This document shows positions 1-10,080 of a DNA stretch of 24,305 bases, piece after piece. Positions within the stretch are counted from its first letter, which is position 1, and every line of letters begins with the position of its first letter. The notes beneath the pieces were generated by a model. It ran no database searches. It was given only the letters and a program-made list of their open reading frames with translations, and was not told where the DNA came from. Source of the DNA: Macrostomum lignano (Eukaryota); NCBI GenBank assembly GCA_002269645.1, contig NIVC01005161.1, forward strand, positions 1 to 24,305, in the 5' to 3' direction. The position numbers were made by a program, and so were the translations under genes.

Positions 1-259
1 TCACATTGGAACAACCTACTCTCACCTTGAGGCAACCTACTCTCACCTTGAGGCAAGCTACTCTCACCTTGAGGCAACCTACTCTCACCTTGAGGCAACC
101 TACTCTCACCTTGAGGCAACCTACTCTCACCTTGAGCAACCTACTCTCACCTTGAGGCAACCTACTCTCACCTTGAGGCAACCTACTCTCACCTTGCGGC
201 AACCTACTCTCACCTTGAGGCAACCTACTCTCACCTTGAGGCAACCTACTCTCACCTTG
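1..259. repeat. 21-bp minisatellite (GAGGCAACCTACTCTCACCTT), about 12 copies, runs off the window start
   Basis: Near-identical head-to-tail units read directly; occasional single-base variants (GAGC, GCGG, AAGC). Confidence 0.97.
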
Positions 260-317
260 CTCTAATCTCTTTAAATTAACGTCCTAATACAACCGTAGCT
301 TCTGGGCCTGCATGTGG

Positions 318-957
318 CTAGATGACGCCCCTGTCCAGCAGGTCCTGAATGTCGTCGCAGATGCTGTCCATCTGGGCGGCCAGCGGCGACGACCTGTCGA
401 ACAGCGCGCTCAGAAAGGCCGGCTCGGTGAAGAAGGTGGCGCAGGTGCGCACCCCGGCCTGGGATTTTTCGCTTAGGTGGCGCCGGATGAGGCGCAGCAC
501 GAGCTGCTCGCAGTCGCGGAACTGGCGCACCAGCGACGCCTGGTCGAGCGTCGAACGACGCGTCTGCATGCGCACAAGTCGGTGGTCAGGTCGTTGAATT
601 TGTCGCGAAAGTCGTCCGCCATCGCGCGCTCCTCGTCGTTGAACATGTCGTTGAGGTACAGAACTCCGATCTTCATGTTGAGCTTGATGATCTGCTTGAG
701 CAGCTTCTGAGCTGCCTGTCGTGAGCCGGTGTGCGTCTTCACCAGCTTGTAGATCTTGTCAAACACTCGAGCCGAGGCCGCGTCAATGAAAATCTTCACG
801 GACTTCTTCGTAGCCAATTTGCTGACGATCTTCTTCTGGGCGCGCAGGCTGAACGACTGCGAGCTGAAGGCGCCGCCCTCGCCGCCGCCATCGCCGCCTG
901 CGCTGCTGGCTCCTTCAGCGGCGGCGCCTCCGGCGTTGGCGCCGGGTTCAGAGTCAC
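318..957 (-). CDS. TNFAIP8: TNFAIP8/TIPE-family protein, main coding exon, with a 1-nt frameshift at about 579-580
   Basis: Joined reading GDSEPG...FSSQSFSLRAQKKIVSKLATKKSVKIFIDAASARVFDKIYKLVK...KLNMKIGVLYLNDMFNDEE...KFNDLTT/LVRMQ...LIRRHLSEKSQAGV...FLSALF...ICDDIQDLLDRGVI* aligns by eye along the whole TNFAIP8 domain (FNSKNLAVQAQKKILGKM...IIQRHLTAKSHGRV...LCDGINKMLDEENI). An in-frame TGA lies just upstream of a CAG acceptor at 960-958, so the exon starts at 957 in phase 1. Confidence 0.92.
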
Positions 958-1036
958 CTGTTCAGGTAGTGACCCAGGTGGGCTCAGGTGTGTCAAACAG
1001 AGTGACAATACGGCCTTTGACTACTAGAAACCCTGA

Positions 1037-1715
1037 AGAATCATGTGTGGGATTGTTCAGAATCATGTGTGGGATCGTTTAGAATCATGTGTGGGATTGT
1101 TTAGAATCATGTGTGGGATTGTTTAGAATCATGTGTGGGATTGTTTAGAATCATGTGTGGGATTGTTCAGAATCATGTGTGGGATTGTTTAGAATCATGT
1201 GTGGGATTGTTTAGAATCATGTGTGGGATTGTTTTAGAATCATGTGTGGGATTGTTCAGAATCATGTGTGGGATTGTTTAGAATCATGTGTGGGATTGTT
1301 CAGAATCATGTGTGGGATTGTTTAGAATCATGTGTGGGATTGTTCAGAATCATGTGTGGGATTGTTCAGAATCATGTGTGGGATTGTTTAGAATCATGTG
1401 TGGGATTGTTCAGAATCATGTGTGGGATTGTTTAGAATCATGTGTGGGATTGTTCAGAATCATGTGTGGGATTGTTTAGAATCATGTGTGGGATTGTTTA
1501 GAATCATGTGTGGGATTGTTTAGAATCATGTGTGGGATTGTTCAGAATCATGTGTGGGATTGTTTAGAATCATGTGTGGGATTGTGTAGAATCAGGCGTG
1601 GGATTGTTTAGAATCAGGCGTGGGATCGTGTAGAATCAGATGTGGCATTGTGTAGAATCAGGTATGGGATCGTGTAGAATCAGGTGTGGGATCGTGTAGA
1701 ATCAGGTGTGGGATT
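1037..1715. repeat. 22-bp minisatellite (AGAATCATGTGTGGGATTGTT[T/C]), about 30 copies, inside the putative TNFAIP8 intron
   Basis: Direct reading; homogeneous on the left, progressively divergent after about 1585 (AATCAGGCGTGG, AATCAGATGTGGC). Confidence 0.97.
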
Positions 1716-1729
1716 GGGGTGGGATGATT

Positions 1730-1885
1730 ATAATAATAGTTGCAGAAGGGCTGCGGGCAACCTGACGCAACGTCTTCGGCTACATCGTCCCACACCCAGC
1801 GCAGTGAGGCAATTCTGCCCATTTCGCTGATTCCTGAGTATGGTGCAAGCGCACCAATACTGTACACAGGCACGCACTCACTGTG
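1730..1885 (-). mobile_element. SINE-like family, partial copy A (core plus AT-rich tail)
   Basis: Minus strand CAGGAATCAGCGAAATGGGCAGAATTGCCTC matches the cores at 5624-5739 and 18733-18849. Confidence 0.6.
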
Positions 1886-2060
1886 TGGGATGTGTGAAAT
1901 TGTTTGTGTATGTGTGGGATTCGTCTGTGAATTTATACATGGGGTTTTGTGGGGGATGCACTACATGTACATTGTGCCTGAAACATGGCAAGCCACGAAA
2001 GTCTGTAAGCTCTCAGCTGTACTTTTAGTTATCCAACTTTCTCTCTCACCCTCTGTTTAC

Positions 2061-2079
2061 CCGGCTCGTTCAGTTTCAT
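2061..2079 (-). CDS. TNFAIP8: Candidate first coding exon of the TNFAIP8 gene (MKLNEP + G)
   Basis: ATG AAA CTG AAC GAG CCG G|GTAAAC gives the phase-1 donor required by the acceptor at 958; adjacent to a CpG-rich region (about 2100-2460). Not proven. Confidence 0.45.
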
Positions 2080-3559
2080 AAAGAAATTCGTTTCCACACA
2101 AAGTGACGGCTTCCACCTGCGCGCGCGTGAGCGGCTCAATAAAGTTTCATTTTATTTGCGCTCACCTGCTCAGATTCTCGGCGATTTTTGAGCTCGTCCG
2201 ATTTCACATCGCTCTCTTCACTCTCCTTCCCCTTCACTCTCTCTCCCAGCAGGATTTCACGCCTCGATGGGTTGAATTCCCTCCCCGCTTTCTGTTACAC
2301 AGACAGCAGACATCACAGAGCGGAGGCTCAGAATAGTCAGCTACGAGCGTACATGCAGCGTCGCTTTATAGCGGCGTCGTCATCAGAAGGATCAAGGGAT
2401 AAACCGAAGCAGGGATTAGCCGCTCTGATGTGGGATCCGGCGAATCGGGGAGAAGAGGCCGCGAGTATCTGGGGCCTGATCTCGTGGGAGTTAATCGGGA
2501 ATGAAGAAAGTGAAGAGCAAGGAAGGAAAGCTCAAGCTGAGCTGCTAATCTAGAGATTTTTTCTGCTATTTTCTAATACCAGCGTAGTGCACCAAGTGGG
2601 TAGGCGGTCAGAGTCCACGTAAAACTCGGCTTGACTTGATTAGGACTGGTTGACTGGCTTGAGCACAACAGGAGCTGATGAGGCCAAGGGCCGGAAGCTG
2701 GCCACGCTGATGCATATATTGCGGTGCATGGCCTGAGAATAGGTAAAGAATTACCCCAGCAGCTCTGGGGCTAGGATGCGAGAAGTTGCCACTAGAGGAT
2801 CGATAGAAGTGCTCAATTAGCTGCTGATGAAGGCCTGATGAAGGATTGAATCGATAGAGAGCAGCTGGACAGCTGGCTTACATATGTAAGGCAAACTGAT
2901 CGATTAGATGAATGAAAAAAAGAGCAGAGAACTCATCAAGCTGAACTCACCTGACTGACTGTCCGACATGAAAGCCAGTCAATTTTGGGCAGCTACCAGG
3001 TGCCTGCTGCCTTTGAGTCCAAGTCTATCGAATGCGGGGAGCAAGGGCGACGACCGTCTTGAGAGCCTGAGGGGCCGGGAGCTCCAGAGCCGGGGGAGTC
3101 GAGATGAAGCAGCGGTGGGGGAGGCCAATAGCTCATTTTGTCAGGGCCGGCCGGCCATTGGAGGCTGGGGGGGGGGGGGGGGAGGCGACTGCAGCTTTCG
3201 CCTACCGTCTCTTCCCCGTGCATTTATCGTACAACTCCTCCTTCTCCCTAGGGACTCCGCTCCCCTCCTACCAATGCCCTCCCAGCGTTCTCCTCCTCCC
3301 CCCACAGCCCGCCCAGACAGCTGAGCACGAAGTCAGTAGAGCCATGCCAGCTAACACCCCAGCCGTGGACTGAATGAGGGGGTAACATGTACTGTATAAT
3401 CTGCTTTGAGAGGGGCCTAGTCTAGTTACACAAGATAGATAGCTTTCCAATTCACTAAAATCATTCGCTACAATACTGCACTGCTTTAACTGGCTAGAGA
3501 GCAGAGGTTGGCAAAAATGCTTTACCTCAGGGGCAAAACAGAGAATCCAGCTCATGATG

Positions 3560-4195
3560 AGAGTGGACAGAAGAGGGAATAGAATATGAGAGATGAGAGA
3601 AGAGATAAGAGGAGAGAAGACAGGAGAGAGGAGAGAGGGAAGAGAAGAGAGAGAGGAGAAAGAAGAGGGGAGAGGGGTGAGAGGGAATAGAGGGGGAGAG
3701 GAGAAATAAGAGGGGAGAGGGAGAGAGGGTGAGAGGGGAGAGAGGGTGAGAGGGGAGAGAGGGTGAGAGGGGAGAGAGGGTGAGAGGGGAGAGAGGGTGA
3801 GAGGGGAGAGAGGGTGAGAGGGGAGAGAGGGTGAGAGGGGAGAGAGGGTGAGAGGGGAGAGAGGGTGAGAGGGGAGAGAGGGTGAGAGGGGAGAGAGGGT
3901 GAGAGGGGAGAGAGGGTGAGAGGGGAGAGAGGGTGAGAGGGAGAGAGGGTGAGAGGGGAGAGAGGGTGAGAGGGGAGAGAGGGTGAGAGGGAGAGAGGGT
4001 GAGAGGGAGAGAGGGTGAGAGGGAGAGAGGGTGAGAGGGGAGAGAGGGTGAGAGGGGAGAGAGGGTGAGAGGGGAGAGAGGGTGAGAGGGGAAAGAGTGT
4101 GAGAGGGGAGAGAGGGTGATAGGGGAGAGAGGGTGAGAGGGGAGAGAGGGTGAGAGGGGAGAGAGGGTGAGAGGGAGAGAGGGTGAGAGGGAGAG
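3560..4195. repeat. Polypurine tract; 17-bp minisatellite (GGGTGAGAGGGGAGAGA) from about 3712, with 16-bp variants
   Basis: Direct reading; preceded by irregular GA-rich low-complexity sequence. Confidence 0.95.
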
Positions 4196-4400
4196 AAGAG
4201 ATCTGAAAAGACGCAAACCTTGAGCAGGTCGGATTGCCATTGTGAAGTTTCAAAAGACCCGAGGGCCGGATAGAGAGGCTTCGCGGGCCAGATATTTTGA
4301 TTAGACCTGTGAATGCAGTATTTGTCTGTTTTTTACAGTGTAAACAGAGTGGACATTTTTGAATTGTAAATATTCATAAATAAGTTTCATATATAAAATA

Positions 4401-4708
4401 TCATGGACAGCTGAAGCCGAAGGACGGTACTCGCCATGAGGTCGATTGTCTCTGCGAAATGCATAGGCGAGATGGGGAAGTTTTCAGCATTTTAAACTTC
4501 CCAAAGAGGTTCCACAAAACTTCTGTTGTTCGTAAATTTCTTTCATAACGAATTTTTCACACTTGCAAAACAAGCAGGAGCAAAGCATACAATATTTACT
4601 CATTGTGAAGTCCAGAAAGTGATATTTTGGGAACTCAGTTAAGAAATACACTCGTATCCCATCTCGTTGATGCCATTTCCAGCGTCTATCTACTTTAGCT
4701 GTCCATGA
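4401..4708. mobile_element. Possible MITE with 12-bp perfect terminal inverted repeat TCATGGACAGCT
   Basis: TCATGGACAGCT(GAAG) at 4401 and (CTTT)AGCTGTCCATGA ending at 4708; ATA flanks both ends, a possible but weak 3-bp TSD. Confidence 0.45.
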
Positions 4709-5599
4709 ATACTAAATAGAAGTCAGATTGGAAACGTTATTAACCAGGCGAGTAATTCATTTTTCGACCGGATATACAATCCAATGGCCATGGCTTGTGT
4801 AGGTCAATTACAGGATGCGCACTGCCAGTTGATGAGAGCATTAAGGCCTGAGACGTGCCTGCCCTTACGGCGGGTAGCATAGAGTAATTCCACTCTACGA
4901 TGAGGGAGCGCCCAGCCTGCATACCAAATCGCATGAGCGGTCATGCGTCAGATTCCTTGCCCTCTAGCAGTGAGCTCTTTTTCTAAAATCCTATTTTCCC
5001 TCAGCTTTTGCACTCTGCTGCCCGAGAAAATGTAATAAGCAGGCAGGCGGGCACGGCTCCGGCAGGCAGTGATGCAGCCTCGAGGCGGAGAGGCCGGCGG
5101 GAATGATGATGCCCTGGGAAGTCAGCCCATACTCGACCTGAATTGATGCAGAGATGAGAAAGAAAGCAGAGAAAGAAGTACTTTTCTTTGTTGTCTCTGC
5201 CTGACTGCGCCTGTGATTTGTTGCCAACAAAAATTCTTAGCCTGAGAATTGAATGCATTTTGTCCCAGGTGGCTTGTCACAATAGTCGCTATACACTGCA
5301 GCCTGTCACTTCGAATTCAGAGCGGCAAAGGGCATGCGCAAACACATTATTTTTAATTATTATTATTATTATTTCATTATTATTGTGTATTATTTTTCCC
5401 GAATTTTCTACTAATCGGCATTCTGCAGGCGTCACTGCTTGTTGCATGAGGTCGGTTTTTCACAGTAAAGCAACGAAGACAAGGTTTCGGGTATTTATAG
5501 ACCTAGGGCCATGCATTGCGCAAGTAAGAAGCCCAACAACAGTAGACTGAAGTATGCGGATTCTCCTGATACTCAAAGCTTCAATGGATCCGAATTAAA

Positions 5600-5770
5600 T
5601 TGCCTGACGATTAGAAAGTCACAAGGGCTGCTGTACACCCTGTGTGAGCGTGTGTATGAGTGCTGTGCCTGCGCGCTTGTATGCGATCAGGAGTCAGCGG
5701 ATTGGGCAGAATTGCCTCAATGCTGGTTGTGCGCCAGGGTGCTCCCAGCCGCTTCTATGAATATTTATTT
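5600..5770 (+). mobile_element. SINE-like family, partial copy B
   Basis: AGGGCTGCTGTACACCCTGTGTGAG...GCGCGCTTGTATGC...CAGGAGTCAGCGGATTGGGCAGAATTGCCTC aligns with the reverse complement of 18733-18870; ends in an AT-rich tail. Confidence 0.65.
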
Positions 5771-5819
5771 ATATTAATAATCGTTATCCAATATTGGTTC
5801 ATTTAACCTCAGTTGCCAG

Positions 5820-6221
5820 CACAGAATACCACAGAATGCTCATTCAGCCACCCTGAAGAAAAAATCTCAATGCGAAATTATTTTCGCTTTGTGCTACTCT
5901 TCGTGTGAAGCTTTTCATTTATGAACCTTTTATTGTTCTTTAAGTTAAATTGTTTACAGTTTTTTGCTAATACGGTATGGAATTCAATACTGGTTGAGTG
6001 ATTGTTATTCACCATAAGATCTTGCCAACTAAGTTTTATAACAATCGCATAATTTCAATTCCATCGACTGCTCTAGGAGCTCGCACAAGCAGTAAACTGC
6101 TACTTTAATGTTATCAATTAGTTACAACTACTTATAAATCTTCACAGGAAGAGTAGCATCTATGGTGTTTTAATTCGAGACGCATTCTACTAATCGATTG
6201 AGCATTCTGTGGTATTCTGTG
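5820..6221. mobile_element. 402-bp MITE with 23-bp perfect TIRs and an 8-bp TSD (hAT- or P-type signature)
   Basis: CACAGAATACCACAGAATGCTCA at 5820-5842 and its exact reverse complement at 6199-6221; flanks GTTGCCAG and ATTGCCAG (7/8 identical). Confidence 0.85.
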
Positions 6222-6910
6222 ATTGCCAGTGCTTCTTCTGCCTTCTGCATCTCACTCTGAGTGATCAAAACGTTTAACCATATATAGGTTTGCCATTTAC
6301 CATTAGTGCTGAAAGTTAAGCAGATTTAGCTGCGGTTAGAACATAGCTGAATAGACATGACAGTTCCCCTTTCCGTCAAACTGTCAAAAGCAAGCCGCTC
6401 TATGCTTACCACAGAAGAGACCGGATGCCAGAAAACGGATTAAAATTGTAATCCTGTAAATAAAGTCTACAGTTTTTAGAAAATATACAGTATATAAACT
6501 GAAATCAACCATTTGAAAATCTTCCAATTCCTTGATCCTTAATCCGCCACGCCTCTTATATGTCTCGTATTCTTCAAGCTAAATACGGCTACTAAACTCC
6601 TATTGCCGCACTCCATGCCTATGCATTAGTAATAATGTGGCAGTAAAAAATATTCTTCCTATGCGAAGCGTCTCTCAAGCCCACTCCTCCGCTTCAAGCA
6701 TGCTTGAAGGGATTGAAAAAGGGAAGGAAAAAGAAAATTTTAAAAGCCAACCAAACTGCACAGTCCGCACTTTTCTCGACGAGAAGGATAGGGGGGGGTC
6801 AAAGCTTGAAACTGTAACTCCATCTGCAGCCAATTTCACAGCAGCAGCTGTCGCAAATGCATATAACTTCACTGCAAGCCTCAAAAGCAAGCGAACCGGC
6901 CAGTTCCGTA

Positions 6911-7539
6911 ATGGACGAAGAAGCGCATCAGCTGGAACCGGTCGAGCCGGCTGGAAGTGGCAGCCAGCGGCAGCAGAAACTGCCGCAGCATCACTACCGC
7001 CCGCCGCCCATCAAGCAGCTGGCGCGGCAGTCGCGCTTCAGCGAACGCGAGCTCCGGCTGCTGTACCGCGGCTTCAAGCAGCACTGCCCCAGCGGCCTGG
7101 CAACCGAGGAGCACATCTGCAGCATCTTCGGCTTGCTGTTTCCGTTTGGCAATCCGGCACCATTCGCTCGCATCGTCTTCAACTGGCTGGACGTTGACCG
7201 TCGAGGCGAGCTGCCGTTTCACCGCTACGTGGCCTGGCTGTCTCAGCTGGCCCGCGGAGCCTGCAGGAGCGGCTCGGCTGGATCTTCCGCCTCTACGACG
7301 TCGGGCAGGACGGCGACCTCACTAGCGAGGAGGTTCGCCAGTTCCTGCTGTCAGTCTACGAACTGCAAGGCGTTGGTTGCTCAAGGCGCGCCAAAGCGCC
7401 TCAGGAGCACGCGGCCGAGGTTTTCCGGCGGATGGACGCTGGCGGCAAAGGTCGAGTGGATTTTGAAGACTTTCAACGCTATTGTACAGAGTCGGATGCC
7501 ATCGTGGAAGGTCTGGAGGTGTTTGATACCTGCCTGTGA
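6911..7539 (+). CDS. KCNIP: KChIP/calsenilin-like neuronal calcium sensor, intronless, about 209 aa, 1-nt frameshift at about 7256-7258
   Basis: HYRPPPIKQLARQSRFSERELRLLYRGFKQHCPSG matches KChIP RHRPEALE...[21 protein letters not shown]. After the shift the frame reads SLQERLGWIFRLYDVGQDGDLTSEEV...EHAAEVFRRMDAGGKGRVDFEDFQRYCTESDAIVEGLEVFDTCL*, matching the KChIP C-terminal half to the stop. Confidence 0.9.
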
Positions 7540-8275
7540 CACGGTGCTGCAGGTAAAATAGGAAGCTCAACAATGGACAAACGGGCTTTAATCTTTAAAA
7601 GGAAAAACATTCTTTCATTTCTACTCGTTAGTAACCGATTGCTTCAACGATAAAATTTCCCTTCGTTTCTATTGTACGATTTTTACATTAAGGAACTTTA
7701 GAAATCGGAAATAAACACTGATTAAGCGCAATAAGGTCAAATCGTATTCGACAAATTTATCGAATATTTCCAAATTTCAACCTGCAAGAATTTCCAAAAA
7801 CCATATAAGCTGTTGCTTGCTTAGATCATTGTCTGCTATTTCCTTAGAAGGCTTGTCTCTTCTCAGCTCTCCTCTCTCCCCTCTTCTCTTTCCTCTCTTC
7901 TGCATCTTCTATTCCCTCCTTTCCACTCTCATCTGGCCCGCAGCCACGCGCTGGATACTACATGCGCTGGGTAAAAAACTTGGTCTAGAAAATGAAGCTC
8001 ATCTCCTGTTTAAGAGTATTTTTAGAACTTTAATAGTGCTCTTTGTGATAAATTTGAACAGAAAATCGCGGATAAAGTTTAGCTTTGAATTTTAAAAACC
8101 TTACTGCAGAAGATAAAATATTTTACCAACTGACTCACAAGAAGACAGAGACATATTGAAAATTCTGCAAAATTCGTCAAAAAAGCCAAGCAGAATGCAA
8201 ATTTTATATTGAATTCATAAATAAATCGATACTCTGTCTGCTCACGAGACCTCCACTCGCGTTATGGCGAAAAAA

Positions 8276-8289
8276 TTTATTCATTTATT
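8276..8289 (-). promoter_or_regulatory. Two AATAAA polyadenylation signals downstream of the MATH-like exon
   Basis: TTTATT at 8276-8281 and 8284-8289, about 120 nt past the stop at 8408. Confidence 0.5.
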
Positions 8290-8407
8290 TTTTCTTTCGT
8301 TGCATTGGTTTGAAATTAATCAATACGATAATAATAACAATAATAAAAGCACAAGCGACATCTGAAAGCATGTTCAATAACAGTGAAGTACCGCATTGGT
8401 GTGGCTG

Positions 8408-8892
8408 TCACACTGCACTTTTAGCCTCCAGCCGCAGGCCGACAGTCAGCCAGCCGGTCGGGCTGACATAAACGCAGTCATCGTCGCTGAGGCGCTGGCT
8501 GTCCATCAGCACAACGCCCTGACTGAGCACCGACAGGTCCTCCGGGGTGGCGGGTTGCGGCGCCAGCTGCAGCCGGGTCAGCGGCTCCCGGGCCAGCACC
8601 AGGTCGGGGACGTCGGCTCGCTGACCGAAGACGGTCCAGGTGGCGAACAGGCGGCATTTCTGTGGAGCCGAGCAGCCGGGCCTCCGGTGCAGGTAGGCGA
8701 CAAGAACGGAGTCGTCTGCAGAGTCTGCAGGCGCGGCCTGTCGGAGCACCGCTGGCGAAGCCGTCGGATTCGAATGGACAGCGACAGGCCGGCCAGCTGG
8801 AACACCTCCGAGTGCAGGTCGAGCGGCTGATCGGGCAACAGCAGCTGGTGCAGTGGCAGGTGCAGCTGGACATCAGCAGCGAGCGTCAGCAG
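8408..8892 (-). CDS. Terminal coding exon with a divergent MATH/TRAF-like domain; 1-nt frameshift between about 8700 and 8760
   Basis: GC-rich coding-style sequence. Joined protein ADVQLHLPLHQL...DLHSEVFQLAGLSLSIRIRR.../DDSVLVAYLH...CRLFATWTVFGQR...VVLMDSQRLSDDDCVYVSPTGWLTVGLRLEAKSAV* follows the strand pattern of MATH domains by eye. Candidate acceptor CAACTGCAG ends at 8893; 485 nt + 1 = 162 codons. Domain call is a pattern inference. Confidence 0.6.
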
Positions 8893-10080
8893 CTGCAGTT
8901 GGAACAACAGTTTGAAAAATGACAGTCGGGACGAACCATGCTTTGAATTTTCAAGTGAATTTCAGCGAGTTGCAAGCTTGTACACGACATGTATATAATA
9001 CAGTGCACCAATCTGTTAATAATCTTTTTTGCGCAGCCTTTCAAGTAAACTTGGCCCACACGGCAAGGCAGCGGCGATCCTGTGGGAATTCCACGGAATT
9101 AAACGCGTCTATTTTTACTTGTACATGCAGCTAAAGACGGAGAGCCAAAAGTACTTCTTAGCTAAATGGCATGACATCAACAGGATAGGAGGTTGGATGA
9201 GAATCTCGTACTTCGAAATGTACCATCCAACCGTACATTGCCATAACGGATGCTAGTGTCAGAAAATAATAGATACAGTGCCAGGAATTCACTGGGCCGG
9301 CCGCGTTTGAGCACAAATAGCTTGGATAGTCCATGGAAATACGCTGGACAATACGTGGAAATTCCGTGGGAAGAACTGCTAAGACTGTTTCGGCCGAGCA
9401 GAATATCGCATTTAACCAGTAAATAAATTGCAACATACGCAAGCACTCAAAATGCCGAGGGTGTCAGTCACTTAAAAAGACGAAGTACGTGCGTGCTTTG
9501 GATTTCTTGCTGTAACTACACAGGCTACGACCTTCTGATTATCAGGGCAAGTACATGTACACTTTCTGTGTATTGGGCCGGGGTTGAATTACATGTAGTA
9601 AGTTGTAAGCCGAAGTTTTGGCTTTGACTCCCCTGCAAGTTTCTAAATACCAAAACAGCTTATTAACATCCAGTGAACTTACAAAGAAAACAAAAAGTGA
9701 TTACTCTGCAAATTTACGCTTGTAGTTGCAAATTTACGCTTGTAGTTGGGGGGGGGGAGTAGAGCAGCTTAGTGGTAAACGCTTCGTGCGAGATCACACC
9801 CATAGGGCCCAGTGGACAATACATTAGGGTGGCTCATGTGAATACAAACCTACAGCTGTAAATCGAAAGTCACCCTCTCCTTTCAAACTGTCCATTGAAA
9901 TTAACAATAAAACAAGCGTAGACAATTATGAAAAGACTATTTAAACAGAATTTTCAACAGGGACTAAAAAACATACAGAATTTTTGTTAAATTTCTCTTT
10001 TACTGCTACTACAGTAGAGCAAGATCGCAGTTAAAGTAACGCGTTGAACCAGTATACTGTACCTGTGTTTACAGGGACGT

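Noticed and set aside
349-1082. Plus-strand ORFs over the TNFAIP8 exon, and similar antisense ORFs over KChIP, the MATH-like exon and the RTE
   Set aside because: Shadow frames typical of GC3-rich coding sequence.
1037-1715. CRISPR-like appearance of the tandem arrays
   Set aside because: No unique spacers, no cas genes, eukaryotic context; applies to all arrays in the window.
2670-2715. Hammerhead-like CTGATGA-GGCC-AAG-GGCC-GGAA
   Set aside because: GAAA is GGAA, the cleavage triplet would be CUG, and stem I has no partner.
2188-3373. ORFs at 2188-2553, 2968-3324 and 3104-3373
   Set aside because: No recognisable motifs, low-complexity G/C runs, no convincing splice structure; the region remains unexplained.
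3527-4253. Long ORFs (SPLTLSPL repeats) on the minus strand
   Set aside because: By-products of a stop-free 16/17-bp purine repeat; unit length is not a multiple of three and several frames are open.
5096-5211. Possible C/D snoRNA (ATGATGA...CTGA...CTGA)
   Set aside because: Terminal stem is offset and weak, the D guide is self-paired, only about 8 nt of possible rRNA complementarity, and no host intron is evident.
9757-9800. tRNA/SINE head (CAGCTTAGTGGTAAA) after a 20-bp tandem duplication and a G run
   Set aside because: A-box-like only; no B box or cloverleaf.
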